A stretch of DNA of 63,414 nucleotides, counting the filler, from Octopus bimaculoides (taxonomy: Eukaryota): the NCBI RefSeq assembly GCF_001194135.2. It is 5 parts of 5 records of this genome, joined end to end, with 100 filler letters (N's around TTAATTAATTAA, not from the genome) between each part and the next. Parts side by side here need not be neighbours in the genome. Positions count along the whole stretch, not along the records: positions 1 to 15,750 come from NC_068997.1; 4 more parts are not named here. The stretch is one strand, 5' to 3'. Shown piece by piece: positions 1 to 12,858 of the stretch (position 1 is its first letter; every line of letters starts with the position of its first letter). The notes below the pieces were generated by a model, which was not told where the DNA came from, made no database searches, and saw only the letters and a program-made list of their open reading frames with translations. A program made the translations under genes and the position numbers.

Positions 1-559
1 CTAAAAGTCAACCGGTTTTCCTTTTTTTTTTAATACTCAAAACAAGGGAAATGAGTAGGAATAAATGAGGGTTTTTGAAAACAATAAGACTTTTTTTAGT
101 TTAATTGAAATGGATGTATTACAAAAATATGATTCAACTTAAGTGATTGAAAGTGTGCCAAATGAATAATAAAAACTGAAATAATCAGTTAGGTTCAAAC
201 AAATTCCTTTACTATTAAGGAATGGAAATTAAAATTGTTACTCTTGTTCCCCCATACATACATACATACACACACACACACATGAATGAAAAAAAGAGCA
301 CTCTATACAATGTGAAGAGTTTATATTTGTAGACGAAAAGTTGTTGACTAACATCCATTCTTCAAATTTTCATAGACACATTAAAGTCTATCTTATGTGT
401 CTCTGCAACGCAAATGGAGAATAACATCAACAGCAGTTCACACACACACACACACAGACACACACAAATGTTCTTGCCCCTTTAACCATTAAGGCATCTT
501 GGATGAGATATCTATAATCTAGTATAGATTATTGCTGATCTCGGCTAAGGCAATGAAGG

Positions 560-918
560 ACTGGGAATTGACCAACTGCTGTTCATTGACCACATTCAGC
601 ATTATGCTGCCGTTGGTGTACAACTGTGTCAACCAGTCTGTCAGCTGTTGTCCTACACTTCTGGTCACAAAAGCTGCTTTACATTGTTGTCCCATTTGAA
701 TGATCCCACCTCACTGATGAGGTGGGCAAAAGGGTTCAATGTTCCCTACCAAAATAAGACACCAGTCCATTGCAGGGTTACCCCTTTACAGCTGAGTGGC
801 CTGACGCAATGTGAAATGAAGTGTTTTGCTCAAAGACACAGTGCATTGCTGGCCTGGGAATTGAAACCAGTATCTTGTGATTGTAAGTGCAACACTAACC
901 ACAAGGCCATGTACCTTC
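560..918 (-). mobile_element. tRNA-derived SINE, diverged (family c)
   Basis: The minus-strand head is tRNA-like (ggttagtgttgcac...gtttcaattcccagg) and followed by 'tgtctttgagcaaaacacttcatttcacattgcgtcaggccactcagctg', shared with the copy at 1726-2034. The 3' boundary is approximate. Confidence 0.55.
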
Positions 919-1725
919 ACATATGTATATGCGCACACGCACCTCATTGCCTTTCAAAGTTAGTTTGCAGCTTGGTACGCAGAGCAAAAATAGAACTCAC
1001 AACCTATGACCCAACAAGCTGATATCTTATCCAACAACCCAACACAGCCCTACAATCTACAGATATTATATATATACATATATATACACACACACACATA
1101 CACGCATGCACATGTGTACATATATGCACACACACATACATACATGTATCTATAACAAAGCCATGCCTCAGATATATTAACATCAATAAATATAGAGGTT
1201 TGGAAAAGCAAAGAAGAGTTATTCTTATGACAAAAAGGAAGTCAAAGCCTTGTTAAAGAGAGACTTGTTTAGAGAATATTTATAGAAAGAAAACAACCGC
1301 TGTGCTCACGATACTAAAAAGTAATGACGAGTCAAAGTGTGCTGAAGGATATCAAAGTTTATTATGCCGCAATTCGTTTGAAATTGCAAAAATTACTAAT
1401 TAAATTGAGATTGTACTATGCTAAATTAGAGTAAGAGTATTTTGGAAAAAAAAACAAAAACTGTGTGCTGTTATAATATTGCAACAGTTTAAAAGGCCTC
1501 GAGCACTTGACAGTGTTGCACTGAAGGAAAGTGGAGGAATATACAAAAAGTGGAAGGCAGTGTTTCTGTTCTTCTGTCAGACAATGGTAGAAGGGTATTT
1601 ATTGAGACGAGTCTCCTATCTTCAATGAAACCTAATCATGGATATTTTCTTCTTATTACTGGAACTGGCATCAACTTTACTGCTTTCTAATAACAAAAGC
1701 TGCATTGCCTCACATTGCCTGACAA

Positions 1726-2034
1726 GTAATTAAGACTGGTACTCTGTCAGTTACGACGACGAGGGCTCCAGTTGATCCAATCAATGGAACAGCCAGCTCG
1801 GGAAATTAACATGCAAGTGGCTGAGTACTCCACAGACATGCGTACCCTTAACGTAATTCTCAAAGAGATTCAGCGTAACACAATGTGACAAGGTTGGCCC
1901 CTTTGAATTACAGGTACTAATTTTTATCAGCTGAGTGGACTGGAGCAATGTGACAAAGTGTCTTGCTCAAGGACATTATGTGCTACTGGGGATTGAACTC
2001 ACCACCTTATGATCATGAGCCAAATATCCTAACC
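1726..2034 (-). mobile_element. tRNA-derived SINE (family c)
   Basis: The minus strand reads ggttaggatatttggctcatgatcataaggtggtgagttcaatcccc (A/B-box-like), then 'gtccttgagcaagacactttgtcacattgctccagtccactcagctg'. It shares blocks with 560-918 and 10980-11185. Confidence 0.65.
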
Positions 2035-3542
2035 TCTCTATATCAAAGGTAAGAAAACTGTAGCATTAAAACTGTGACATTTTGTGCTTCTAGTTACAAC
2101 AGACTTTCTTTAAATTCACAAATTGGAAATCTGAGACATTTTTTTTTTCATAGATGACAAAAAGATGTTCAAAATTTCAAATTTCTCATAAAAACTGCAA
2201 TCAGAATATTTTATTGGAACCAAATATTCTGATTCCTATTTTGCAATAAACATATTTCAAACATTCATTAAACAATTTTAAAGTTTTTAATTTAATACTT
2301 AATTCTATTGTGAACTAGAATAAATGCATATTTGATGGGCTTTTTTTTTTGTTTTTTAGTTATTAGAAAACATTAAAAAAAAATTGGCTTCATTGAAGAT
2401 TAATGTGCTCTACCAATCATGGCTAAACTGTAGCCCAAAAGCACTTTCTGAATGGCATGCCTAACGAAAAATTACTTTTGATTTTTTTTAATAGTGTGGT
2501 TTGGTCAGTGAGTTCACTTCTTGAAAAAAGCTTATCCATTCCTATCTTAAACAACAAAACAGAATGGCATGCTTTGTATTATGAATTTCTAGCATAAAAC
2601 CCAAATAGGGTTGTANNNNNNNNNNNNNNNNNNNNNNNNNNNNNNNNNNNNNNNNNNNNNNNNNNNNNNNNNNNNNNNNNNNNNNNNNNNNNNNNNNNNN
2701 NNNNNNNNNNNNNNNNNNNNNNNNNNNNNNNNNNNNNNNNNNNNNNNNNNNNNNNNNNNNNNNNNNNNNNNNNNNNNNNNNNNNNNNNNNNNNNNNNNNN
2801 NNNNNNNNNNNNNNNNNNNNNNNNNNNNNNNNNNNNNNNNNNNNNNNNNNNNNNNNNNNNNNNNNNNNNNNNNNNNNNNNNNNNNNNNNNNNNNNNNNNN
2901 NNNNNNNNNNNNNNNNNNNNNNNNNNNNNNNNNNNNNNNNNNNNNNNNNNNNNNNNNNNNNNNNNNNNNNNNNNNNNNNNNNNNNNNNNNNNNNNNNNNN
3001 NNNNNNNNNNNNNNNNNNNNNNNNNNNNNNNNNNNNNNNNNNNNNNNNNNNNNNNNNNNNNNNNNNNNNNNNNNNNNNNNNNNNNNNNNNNNNNNNNNNN
3101 NNNNNNNNNNNNNNNNNNNNNNNNNNNNNNNNNNNNNNNNNNNNNNNNNNNNNNNNNNNNNNNNNNNNNNNNNNNNNNNNNNNNNNNNNNNNNNNNNNNN
3201 NNNNNNNNNNNNNNNNNNNNNNNNNNNNNNNNNNNNNNNNNNNNNNNNNNNNNNNNNNNNNNNNNNNNNNNNNNNNNNNNNNNNNNNNNNNNNNNNNNNN
3301 NNNNNNNNNNNNNNNNNNNNNNNNNNNNNNNNNNNNNNNNNNNNNNNNNNNNNNNNNNNNNNNNNNNNNNNNNNNNNNNNNNNNNNNNNNNNNNNNNNNN
3401 NNNNNNNNNNNNNNNNNNNNNNNNNNNNNNNNNNNNNNNNNNNNNNNNNNNNNNNNNNNNNAAATTGAGATAATACTCCAAAAATTATAAATAAAACATT
3501 TCTAAATCTCTCAGAGAGATTTATGCAGTAGCAGCACGATAA

Positions 3543-3910
3543 AGTGATAGCATGTTGTCAACTTAATGTGACAGTCCCATGAAAGGGAAGAATACTACTG
3601 TTATTTAGCCCTATTTCTATTTTCAAAAATCAGTGAATGTATTTCACTTGAAATATATATGTTTTCAAAGGTGGATAGGCATCGACAGCTAACAAGCCAT
3701 GCTACTCCGGACTGATGATGAGCAATGACTCTGAAACTAGTCTCTGGATGCTGGCTTTTCTGGGTGGAGGTGCTTATCTCCACTTTGAAAGCATAAGGAC
3801 ACAGGAAATGTGTCAAGTCCAACAGGAAATGGTGTTTCCTAGGGCTAAATAACAGTAGCATTCTTCCCTTTTATGGGACTGTCACATTAAGTTGACAACA
3901 TACTATTACT
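3543..3910. mobile_element. Non-autonomous TIR element (MITE-like), ~68-bp terminal inverted repeats
   Basis: 3543-3612 is the reverse complement of 3841-3910 with 4 mismatches. A second partial copy lies at 57984-58092. No ORF. Confidence 0.8.
3706..3748 (+). ncRNA. Minimal type I hammerhead ribozyme candidate
   Basis: TCCGGA-CTGATGA-T-GAG caatga CTC-T-GAA-ACTAGT-C-TCTGGA. Stem I has 6 bp (one G-U), the core CUGAUGA/GAAA is intact, stem III is the palindrome ACUAGU and the cleavage triplet is GUC. The base of stem II is a U-U mismatch. Confidence 0.6.
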
Positions 3911-4145
3911 CCAAAAAAGTTTAATATTAAATTTTCTTTTTGAGGAAACAAAAAGCTTCAAATATTAATGGAAGAGGAAGAAGAGGATGGGGTTGTGATG
4001 GTCACATCTTTCCATAAAGCATTCATAGTATAAAGTGAAATTCATCCAAATATGAATTGAAATCAGACTGTCAAGTCAACTTGCCATAACTATGCTTATT
4101 TTATTGATTTACAACACTTAGTTCTATGTTTAAGAGATGAGGAAT

Positions 4146-4472
4146 TATTTACATTATTTACATCTGACGGATATTTGTCCTCATCTTGTTTGTTGTTAAC
4201 CCTCCAGCCTTCATCAGGTGTCTTGGGGAAATTTCAAACCTGGGTTCCCATTCCTAAGGTATTTTTCGATATTATTATTAAAATTATTAATCTGAGTTCG
4301 ATCCAAGCAGTGACCTGAATAATAATAATAATAATATCAAAAAATACCTTAGGAATGAGAACCCAGGTTCAAAATTTCCCTAAGACACCTGATGAAGGCT
4401 GGAGGGTATATCAGCCGAAACATTGTGTTAACAACAAACGAGGACAAATATTCATCAAATGTAAATAATGTA
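4146..4472. repeat. Foldback (long inverted repeat) of a hammerhead-bearing repeat tail, ~135/148-nt arms with ~44-nt spacer
   Basis: The reverse complement of 4146-4280 aligns with 4325-4472 at high identity. The left arm lacks ~21 nt (the 3' half of the ribozyme). The spacer holds a tRNA B-box-like GTTCGATCC (4296-4304). Confidence 0.85.
4384..4429 (+). ncRNA. Minimal type I hammerhead ribozyme candidate (degenerate stem III)
   Basis: GACAC-CTGATGA-A-GGCTG gagggtatat CAGCC-GAA-ACAT-T-GTGTT. Stem I has 5 bp and stem II has 5 bp. Stem III reads ACAT, one transition from the palindrome ACGT. Confidence 0.6.
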
Positions 4473-4977
4473 TAACACTTAGACATAATTAAGTTTCTCA
4501 ATAATAATAATAATAATTCTGCCACTTTTGTTGATATTTCAAACATTAGTCTATACAACTTTATTATAATAGAAAAGTGGGGAGTGAAGAAACTTCAAAA
4601 TGATTTATAATTAGGATTCATTAAATAACTTTTAAACTGTTATATTTTACATACACTCTATTTATATTTTTAATACAATCTTATTTTACACATATCTTTG
4701 TGAAGCGTATTTTGATATTGATTTTCCTGCTATTGTTTCACAATGTATAATCGCTCGTATTAACTGTCTAAATACTTTAATAGTATTAATACTTTGACAC
4801 TTATATACAAAGAGCACTCATTTTAAATTCGGTATATCATATTCCCATAGAATATATTTAATTAAGGATATATAATTAGGATTCATCTGAGAGTAATTAT
4901 TTGTACCTTGAAACTTCTGTTGTCATTTGTTATACCTGCAACTCCCATGTGAAAAATTCCAGCAAATAAAATTTGCA

Positions 4978-5023
<46 letters not shown>

Positions 5024-6649
5024 ACAGACTTCAGATAAAATTATTTCTCACTAGAAAGAGACAGACAGACAGACAAGAGGGGAAAAAAAAGAGGTGGGAG
5101 AAAAATGTTTTATTTCAGTTTTGTTCCAATGCAATGAGTTATTACTTCAAAAATTCAAATTTATATTACAAGGAGGGGGGGGGAATCTTCCCCATATTTA
5201 TGTTTATAAACTATAACAACAACAATCAAAACTCACTTTCCACTCCTAACAATAAACGTGATGAGCAGATCATCAATTCTCAGTGGAGGATGGTAAATAT
5301 TGCCCAAACCTTCAAGTACCAACAATAACAATCCGTGAAATAACAACTATTGACATCTATGATGTCACCAATAAAGAAAATACAAACTACCAAATGGGAA
5401 AATAGAAAATGTCAGAAACGCCCGTGTGCAGAAGTAAAATTCCACTCATTCAGACTTGAAACTGAGAAACTCTCTAAATTTCACTAAAGGAGTAGTTTTA
5501 GTCTTAAGACTAAAAACTAGTAAATCAAGATGAGTTGAATTTGTAAAATTAAAAAGGAGTTTATGTTTCTTAGCATAGATGTATTCCAATCTATCCCTAA
5601 GCTCTTGTACTTAATCCTGCTATGAAGAAAGATTCCTACTCTTTACTCCATGCAGTCACTCATGTTAAAAACAGAAAAATATATTTCTAAAATTACAACC
5701 AAAAGTCTTTTTAATAGAATGCATTGGTTAAATAGGCTCCAAAACACGTATAGAAAGAAAAAAATTTTTTTTAAGACAAGGTGGTCATGCCTGGAGTATC
5801 TTTGATCATTAGGCCTGCTTGATCAGGTATTCTATCAGAGTTAAACAACACCAAAAAGATGTTTGATCACATTTGTCAGTTCTCAGGACATTTAGGAAAT
5901 CAAGACTTAATAGTAACAAGGCCCATTTTCAGACATTAAACAATATCAAATACGATATTTAAAAGAATTAGGGAACTTCATTTGATGGAACTTGCTTTGA
6001 CAAAGGGAGAAACTTAATTCAGCATTAAGAAAAGCAAAAAAAAAAAACCTCACTAACTAAGCCATTATAATAACTGCTATCATGGGAATGCTGTGATATT
6101 AACTCAGACATTTCCAAAATGTGTACAACCTCGTTTTTGTTCTCTAATGCAATATGGTATCTCTGACATCAATATTAAGCAATAAACCATAACATTTTGA
6201 TTTCCCTGTTAATATTTATGGACAACATAATTAAATTTATCACAAAATCTTCTAAAAATGATACTCTAGAGAACCTTAGTCTTCAAAAGAAAGTGTAAGG
6301 CAAGTGGTCAAGAAGGTGGACATTCAAACAAAGTTGTAATAAATCAGCTGCTGTAATTAATTAGTTGATATATAACGATCAATCTAATGTTCGCAACGTG
6401 TGGAAACCTCATCCAACACCAACAATTAAGTCCTATCATAAAATTATTGCCATCAAAAAGTCCTGTTCTTGTGGTGTGGTAGGTGAGAACTATTCTAGTA
6501 GATCAAGTTCTTTGACCTGTCCCATGCTGGACAGGTCAAAGGATAGAGGCTAGACTAATATGAACTACTTCTTTCCAAGATTAAAAATTGGGTTTATGTA
6601 AGATCAACACCCTTACCTAGAATAAAGCAAAATAACAAAAGCACTGAAG

Positions 6650-6830
6650 ACAATTCAAAACCAACAGCACCTGGCAGAAGACGGCCTTCGTTCAGAGAAT
6701 CCATAAGACTGGGCAGCCTAAAAATAGCTGGAGACAGAAGTGTAAAAGCAGGAATCCAACAGAAGAGAAGCAGAAAAGCCAGACAGGCCAGAGTTGAGAA
6801 AAGTCATTGATGGCCAGGGAGCCAATAAAG
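6650..6830 (+). mobile_element. Possible RTE-like LINE 3' remnant
   Basis: Frameshifted peptides GQPKNSWRQ and PDRPELRKVIDG resemble RTE C-terminal motifs (GRPK.TWRR, AQDR..WR..VDG). Confidence 0.35.
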
Positions 6831-9800
6831 GGCTTCAGTATGAAACTATTGACAATTTTTAGCTTACATCCTCAAATCTATATAAATGAAGATGAGTGAA
6901 TTTGTTGAAAGTTAATGCAAGAATTGACAGTTGAAAGCAGTTCCAGAGAATCTTTCTGAGAATGATACACTTAACTCTTACATTTGCTGTAGGAGAGATT
7001 AGTTCTATGAAACCCGAGAACACGAATAAATAAAAAAATAAGTTTTTTTCTAAAAAAAAACCTTATTGGTTTCCAAAACTCACCAATATTGCCAAACTTG
7101 TTTAAAAACAGTCAGAGTTAAAGTAACAAAAAAAAAAAAAATTTTCTTTAGAATACTTATATTACTGTAAAGAAGAAAAAAAAGCACCTTGAAAAGGAGC
7201 CAAAAATATCATCATCTTAAATAATCTGGTAACGACAAGTACCAAAGACCAGAGTCACGAAAAGTCAGCAAGAACAGATTGAATTACACCGAAGGTTGAA
7301 AGTGATGACCTTTTAGATTCCACACATAAGCAGTATCAGTTGGAATGGATTAAAGTTATTTAATAATCTCTTTGAATCATTGAAATATGTCAGTTTGTAC
7401 AAAAAGCTAAGGCATTCAAGAGATTACAGGTGATTATATAGAAAACTGAAGATACATTCTCACTGTTGCTGCTGTTGCTGTTGTATCATATGTGAAGACA
7501 CAACATTTATTAATAATGGAATATTTGAATCAGCAGGTAGGCTAAGGACAAGTGGTGAAGGTGCAGAGTCTGGTATGCATTGGAGATTTACAAATATGTA
7601 AAACTGAATATTTTCACAGATAATTAATGAAAACTTGATAAAACGGTTTCAAGTTGAAAATCATCTGATATAAATGAGTAGAGTTTTCATAACTTGGTCA
7701 GAACTGAAATATTTATCAACTGTCACTTTAACAATTGCATTTTGTTTTGAAATTTTAAGATTGCTTTTATAAATCCAGATATGTGCACAACAAGATTTCA
7801 AAATATTTTCACTGTGCAATCAGTTAGCACTTAACAGGTTTAGAATTTTTCTGTTTTTTAATAATGTCAAAAAAGTGAACTGAAGAAATTTCTATATTTG
7901 AATCAAAAGCCACTCAGTTGCTAAGTCTTATTCTCAAAACAAGCAACATTCATTGATTCTTTACATTGCACAACTTGAAATGCTTTTCTCCATTTGCAGA
8001 GGCTACAAAGTTCAAAATTGAAATGGCACATTTTTGGGTTTCAATTGATATTCTTGCTACGATCACTATCATCATGTCTACTAAATGATTTCATCTCATT
8101 TGTTTTCATTCTGTTGACTATTCTTTACCTGCCTTATCAAACTAAGGTTTCTCCAAATCCACAAATGCTACATTTTCACACTTTGAGCATGTCTCCCCTC
8201 TTGGGCTAAACTAAATTTATCTCAAGAAGATTATCTTTAGAAACTTCAAAAGGTGAGCTGTCAGGATTATCCTAAAATATTCTCCATCAACCCCTTCTAT
8301 CAGCTGATTATATCAAACCATATTTACCTTCATGTTTGAAGGAATCGTACTTTTTAACTTAAATTAGAACTACTTGTTGCCAAACTTTGAATATTCCTTG
8401 AATCCATTTTATTACTCTGTAGATAATGGATGGACCATTATTGCTTTTTAGCACTTTTTAGCTGCATCGTCACTATGACTCTTGCAACCATTTTTATACT
8501 AAAATCCTTGTTATTTGTAGTATGCATGCCATATGTCAATACCTTATATGGGTATGACAATTTCAAAGAAAGAGGATGAGAAAAAAAATTAGATTATTGC
8601 TTGTAGCTAACAAATAGTATTTAACAACTTTCAAGTTAATTTGACATTAAAACATGAAAGATTATAGTTTACATAAAAGATTGAAACATTTTTCTAGACA
8701 AACCTTGTGTTGCAATCTCAATATAAGAAACTAAACAGCATGGAACCTTTAAAATATATATATATATATATATGCATGTATAAATATTGTGGGAATGAAG
8801 TGATAATCAATAACAAATGTACATCGTTAAGATTGTGTAAGTAAATTACCGAATTGATTAATTTCAATCAAAATACTTGCAATGTTTATAAAAAGAGAAA
8901 AGTGAAACCTTTTCACAGTTTGTGTAGGAAGAAATCCTTTTAAATTCTGAACAACGATCTTGAACATTGTTGGAACAAAAAAAACAAAAACATGACAATG
9001 AAATAAAATAGTTGACAAATGAAGAGAAAGTGTGGTATTATTACATCAGTTGAAATTCTTGGAAGATTTCAATTCTCATAACAAACTGACTTTTATAAAC
9101 TGTACAAGAACTTCTCTATTTAAAATGCCACACCTGATTCAATGTGGAAACAAAACAATTGGCTGTTTTCATCCTTGATTAAAGAAGGGTGGCTACATTA
9201 TGACAGCTAACTTTTTTAGGTCAACCAGTCGTTTCCTTGAACAGCTTTCAGTCTAGACTGTATTCAGTCTGTAGAGGATAGTAGGATACATATACTATAG
9301 CCATACTATGGATGTTGGTACTATACCCATAGTATACAAAGGAATCAATGTTGTAAGCACTGAACCTTGCACAAATGCACTGCCCTATCTTTTGTTCATT
9401 TCCCCGCCCCCTTTTAATTAGTAAAAACAATCTGCAAATCTTCAACAAAGGAATTACTTCATTCTTGTTTAATAATATGACTTACAGAAATATTTTGAAA
9501 CATAATAATTCAACACTGAAATAAAACATTTTGAAGATTTCTTGCTTTAGATTGTAATCTGCTTTGTAAATATTTAACAATTGTTTGGCATTACCATTCT
9601 GATTTCAACAGGTGGCATGTCATTTTATAGGAATTACTTCAATTTTAACATGATATAACCAATTATATTGCAAAGTTTGATTATTTTTAGATAACAATTG
9701 GTATTGAAAGCATTTAAAGAGAAAATACTTTTAATATAAAGAACTTGTAGGTAAAATACAAATGTGAAAACCAGTTTTAGTCATATATTTACAATCTTCA

Positions 9801-10979
9801 GTTTCACAACAACAGGGATCCACACTGTTGAATATAACACTCCTTAAAGTGTACACACACACACACTTATTGACAAGTAGCTAACTTGATGCCTTGAAAT
9901 AATAGATATGACACCACTGCCATTAAATTACTTCCTGATATGGTGTCAAAGAACAATTCTTTCATCCCTCACTTATTTTTCCATCTTTACAAGGTTGATA
10001 AAATAAATATTTGTAATCGATTGGGTGAGAAGAGAGAGAAATGTCTTCAGACTCACACAATCAACAAAAAACAAAGCAATTTTCTGTTTTCCCACCCAAC
10101 CCTACAACAATCAAGTAATCATTCATAAAACACAAACTAGAAACTAAATGATAGTAAGCAATCTAAGTAAAACATTTACAAGAACTATGCACAATAACAT
10201 TTACTGCAAAAACATTTATTATTAAATAAAATTAACAGCAACAATGCTGTTCAGTGAGAAAATATTTAAGATTCTAAAAACACAGAAACAAAAATATGAA
10301 AACAGATTTCCATCAAGAATCAGCCCATCAAATAAAGTTGGTGTCATATAGTCTTGAATCAAAGATCAAGGAAAGCCAGGTCAAAAAGGGTCAGCACTCA
10401 AGATTGGTTGCAGAAATAATTGTAGAGTGACTGGTTACATTTAACAAAGTTTAGTGTTTTAGCAAAGACTCTCTAATTTGCACTAATTCAAATATGTGAC
10501 TTAGTGAAAGTAGAGATTCTTTGTTAAAACACTAAATCTGTAAAGTTTCACCATAAATGTGTGTGTATGTATGTATGTATGTATGTATATNNNNNNNNNN
10601 NNNNNNNNNNNNNNNNNNNNNNNNNNNNNNNNNNNNNNNNNNNNNNNNNNNNNNNNNNNNNNNNNNNNNNNNNNNNNNNNNNNNNNNNNNNNNNNNNNNN
10701 NNNNNNNNNNNNNNNNNNNNNNNNNNNNNNNNNNNNNNNNNNNNNNNNNNNNNNNNNNNNNNNNNNNNNNNNNNNNNNNNNNNNATATATATATACACAC
10801 ACATATATATTTCATCATTTTACATGAAGATGGAAAAATGTATATCTTAACTATATTTAATGGACTGTTTTTTTTTTTTTTACTGTTTTCAGTGAAGAGA
10901 CTGCAGCCATGCTGGGAAACATACTTGAAGAATTTTAGTCAATTCTATTTAGCCCAGAACTTAGTGTTACTTGTTTGTC

Positions 10980-11185
10980 TATGAAAGTGGCTGAGTACTC
11001 CATTGTTAGACAATTAGTTACCTTTTACAGATGTAATACAAGATTTTTACACAAAAACACACACACAGACACTCACACTCAAGGCATTGCTCAACCCCAT
11101 GGCTCTGACGGAAAAGTCTTGCTTAAAGTACAGTGCATTAGGATTGAACATGAAACCACACGGTTGTAAAACAAACCTTCTAACC
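10980..11185 (-). mobile_element. SINE fragment (family c), highly diverged
   Basis: Shares 'aagtggctgagtactcca' with 1815-1832 and has a degenerate tRNA-like end (ggattgaac...accttctaacc). Confidence 0.35.
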
Positions 11186-12089
11186 AGAACGTTATGCATG
11201 CATATGTGGTTTCACTTATTAGACTATGATTTTGCTGGAGTAATATCGAAGTGTTTTGGTAGATCACAAGCTATATTTTTAACTTGATGCACCAATTTAC
11301 ACACACAAATAGTTAAATGCTACTTTTCTTTTGTCTTTTTTGTTTCAAACAAAACACTAAAGGGTCCATAATGCAGACATGAAGACTTTTGCAAAGTATA
11401 GAATCTACATGTATTTACTGCCTTTAGCTACTTCCATGCCATGAATTCAAGCTAATATCCAAGGATTCAGACACCATGATCTTTAGTGGACTGTGATAGT
11501 TGTTGAAACAAAAGGAAATCCGTTTTCTTCAAAACCTATGATAGAGTCTGCTGAAGATCACTGTGTCCCAGTTCCTAGATATCAGCATGAACTTATGGCA
11601 CTGAAATACGTATTAAATATACATCCATTTACACACTCACACACACACACATATATCATGGACGCACATATCCCTTATACTTCATACAGTGTAATAACCA
11701 ATAAATAGCACAACTAGAAAATGTATTAATAATTTATATAGATCTCTCTCTCTCTCTCTATCTCTATATATAATAATAGCAAGACATCAATAAACACTAA
11801 TATGTATTAAACAGTAGCCACAATAGTTATTTCTCTGTATAATATTAAGATATCTGCAATACATCTCAATAAATAATCACAACAGTCATAACACAAACAT
11901 TACAACTGCATGAATACAAAAGTATTAGTGCAGAGTGTACTAACTAACAGGACCTAGAATAACAATTAAGTATATCAACACAAACGTTATATGTTAGGTT
12001 ATGGCACTATAAAGCCATATGCCAGTTAATAGTTTAAGCATCACAGATAGGGTTTCCCCACCCCCACCAATCTAAAAGGAATATTGCTT

Positions 12090-12369
12090 TTACATGGAAT
12101 CAGTTACAAAACTGACTTTAGAGGATTTCTTTGCCTCCGTCTCTGAAAGCTCTTTGCTTCTTTTAACCAAGGATATCGACACTCGACTGGCCTGGATGAC
12201 TTCACAAACCATGTCCTTACAGTCACAGCAAACATTCATCAAAGACCCTTTCATTACTCTTGACTTTGATTCCAGTAGTTTGTCCGATATCGTCTGAGAC
12301 CGTTGCAGAGGTCGTCGTTTAGGGGACTTGCCATTCTTTTTTGGTGACAAAAGGGAACCGGTTCCAGTA
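12090..12369 (-). CDS. SPIRE: Spire, terminal coding exon (last Cys pair of modified FYVE and C-terminus; stop TAA)
   Basis: Acceptor ttttttatcag|T at 12370/12369, phase 2 matching the previous exon. Translates (S)TGTGSLLSPKKNGKSPKRRPLQRSQT...MNVCCDCKDMVCEVIQASRVSISL...DSM*, comparable to vertebrate Spire [24 protein letters not shown]. Confidence 0.92.
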
Positions 12370-12751
12370 CTGATAAAAAATACAAAAAAAAAAGAGAAAA
12401 ACAGGATAAGATGAAGGGATAAGAAAATCTTACATTTTAATTTTTTTTTTTTGTTATTGAAATTTCAGAATATGCTTCAACACATGAACTCACATAAAGA
12501 ATCTTGCAAACCAAATCCCAAAACAAATATATGTGTGTGTGTGTGTGTGAATGAAATTGTAACTAGATAGTTTATTATTAAAATGTGTGCTTTATGTATT
12601 TTATCAATATGAAACAGACTTTAATACACATAAATTTCAAAGTTAAATATTCCAAAAACGATAAACTTATAATAAAGAAACAAATTTACAAGCTTAAGTA
12701 TAGCAAAAAATTTATGTGACAAAAAAACGTTTTTTTTTTTTTTTAAATTAC

Positions 12752-12858
12752 CTTGTAAAAATATTCATTGTTTGTTTGTTTTCAATTGGAGATATTGGTG
12801 GAGAAGGACTTAGGGTGTAGACTGGAATTCTATTGAAATGTTCTGCAGGAACGTGCAT
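12752..12858 (-). CDS. SPIRE: Spire, penultimate coding exon (107 nt)
   Basis: caacacag|ATG...ACAAG|gtaatt. Translates MHVPAEHFNRIPVYTLSPSPPISPIENKQTMNIFT, comparable to Spire MRLPSKPYSTLPIFSLGP. Not in the ORF track; phases 0 and 2 fit the neighbouring exons. Confidence 0.88.

Noticed and set aside
695-716. CCCACCTCA-ctga-TGAGGTGGG hairpin containing CTGATGA
   Set aside because: No downstream stem II/GAAA arrangement, so it is not a hammerhead. It lies within a SINE body.
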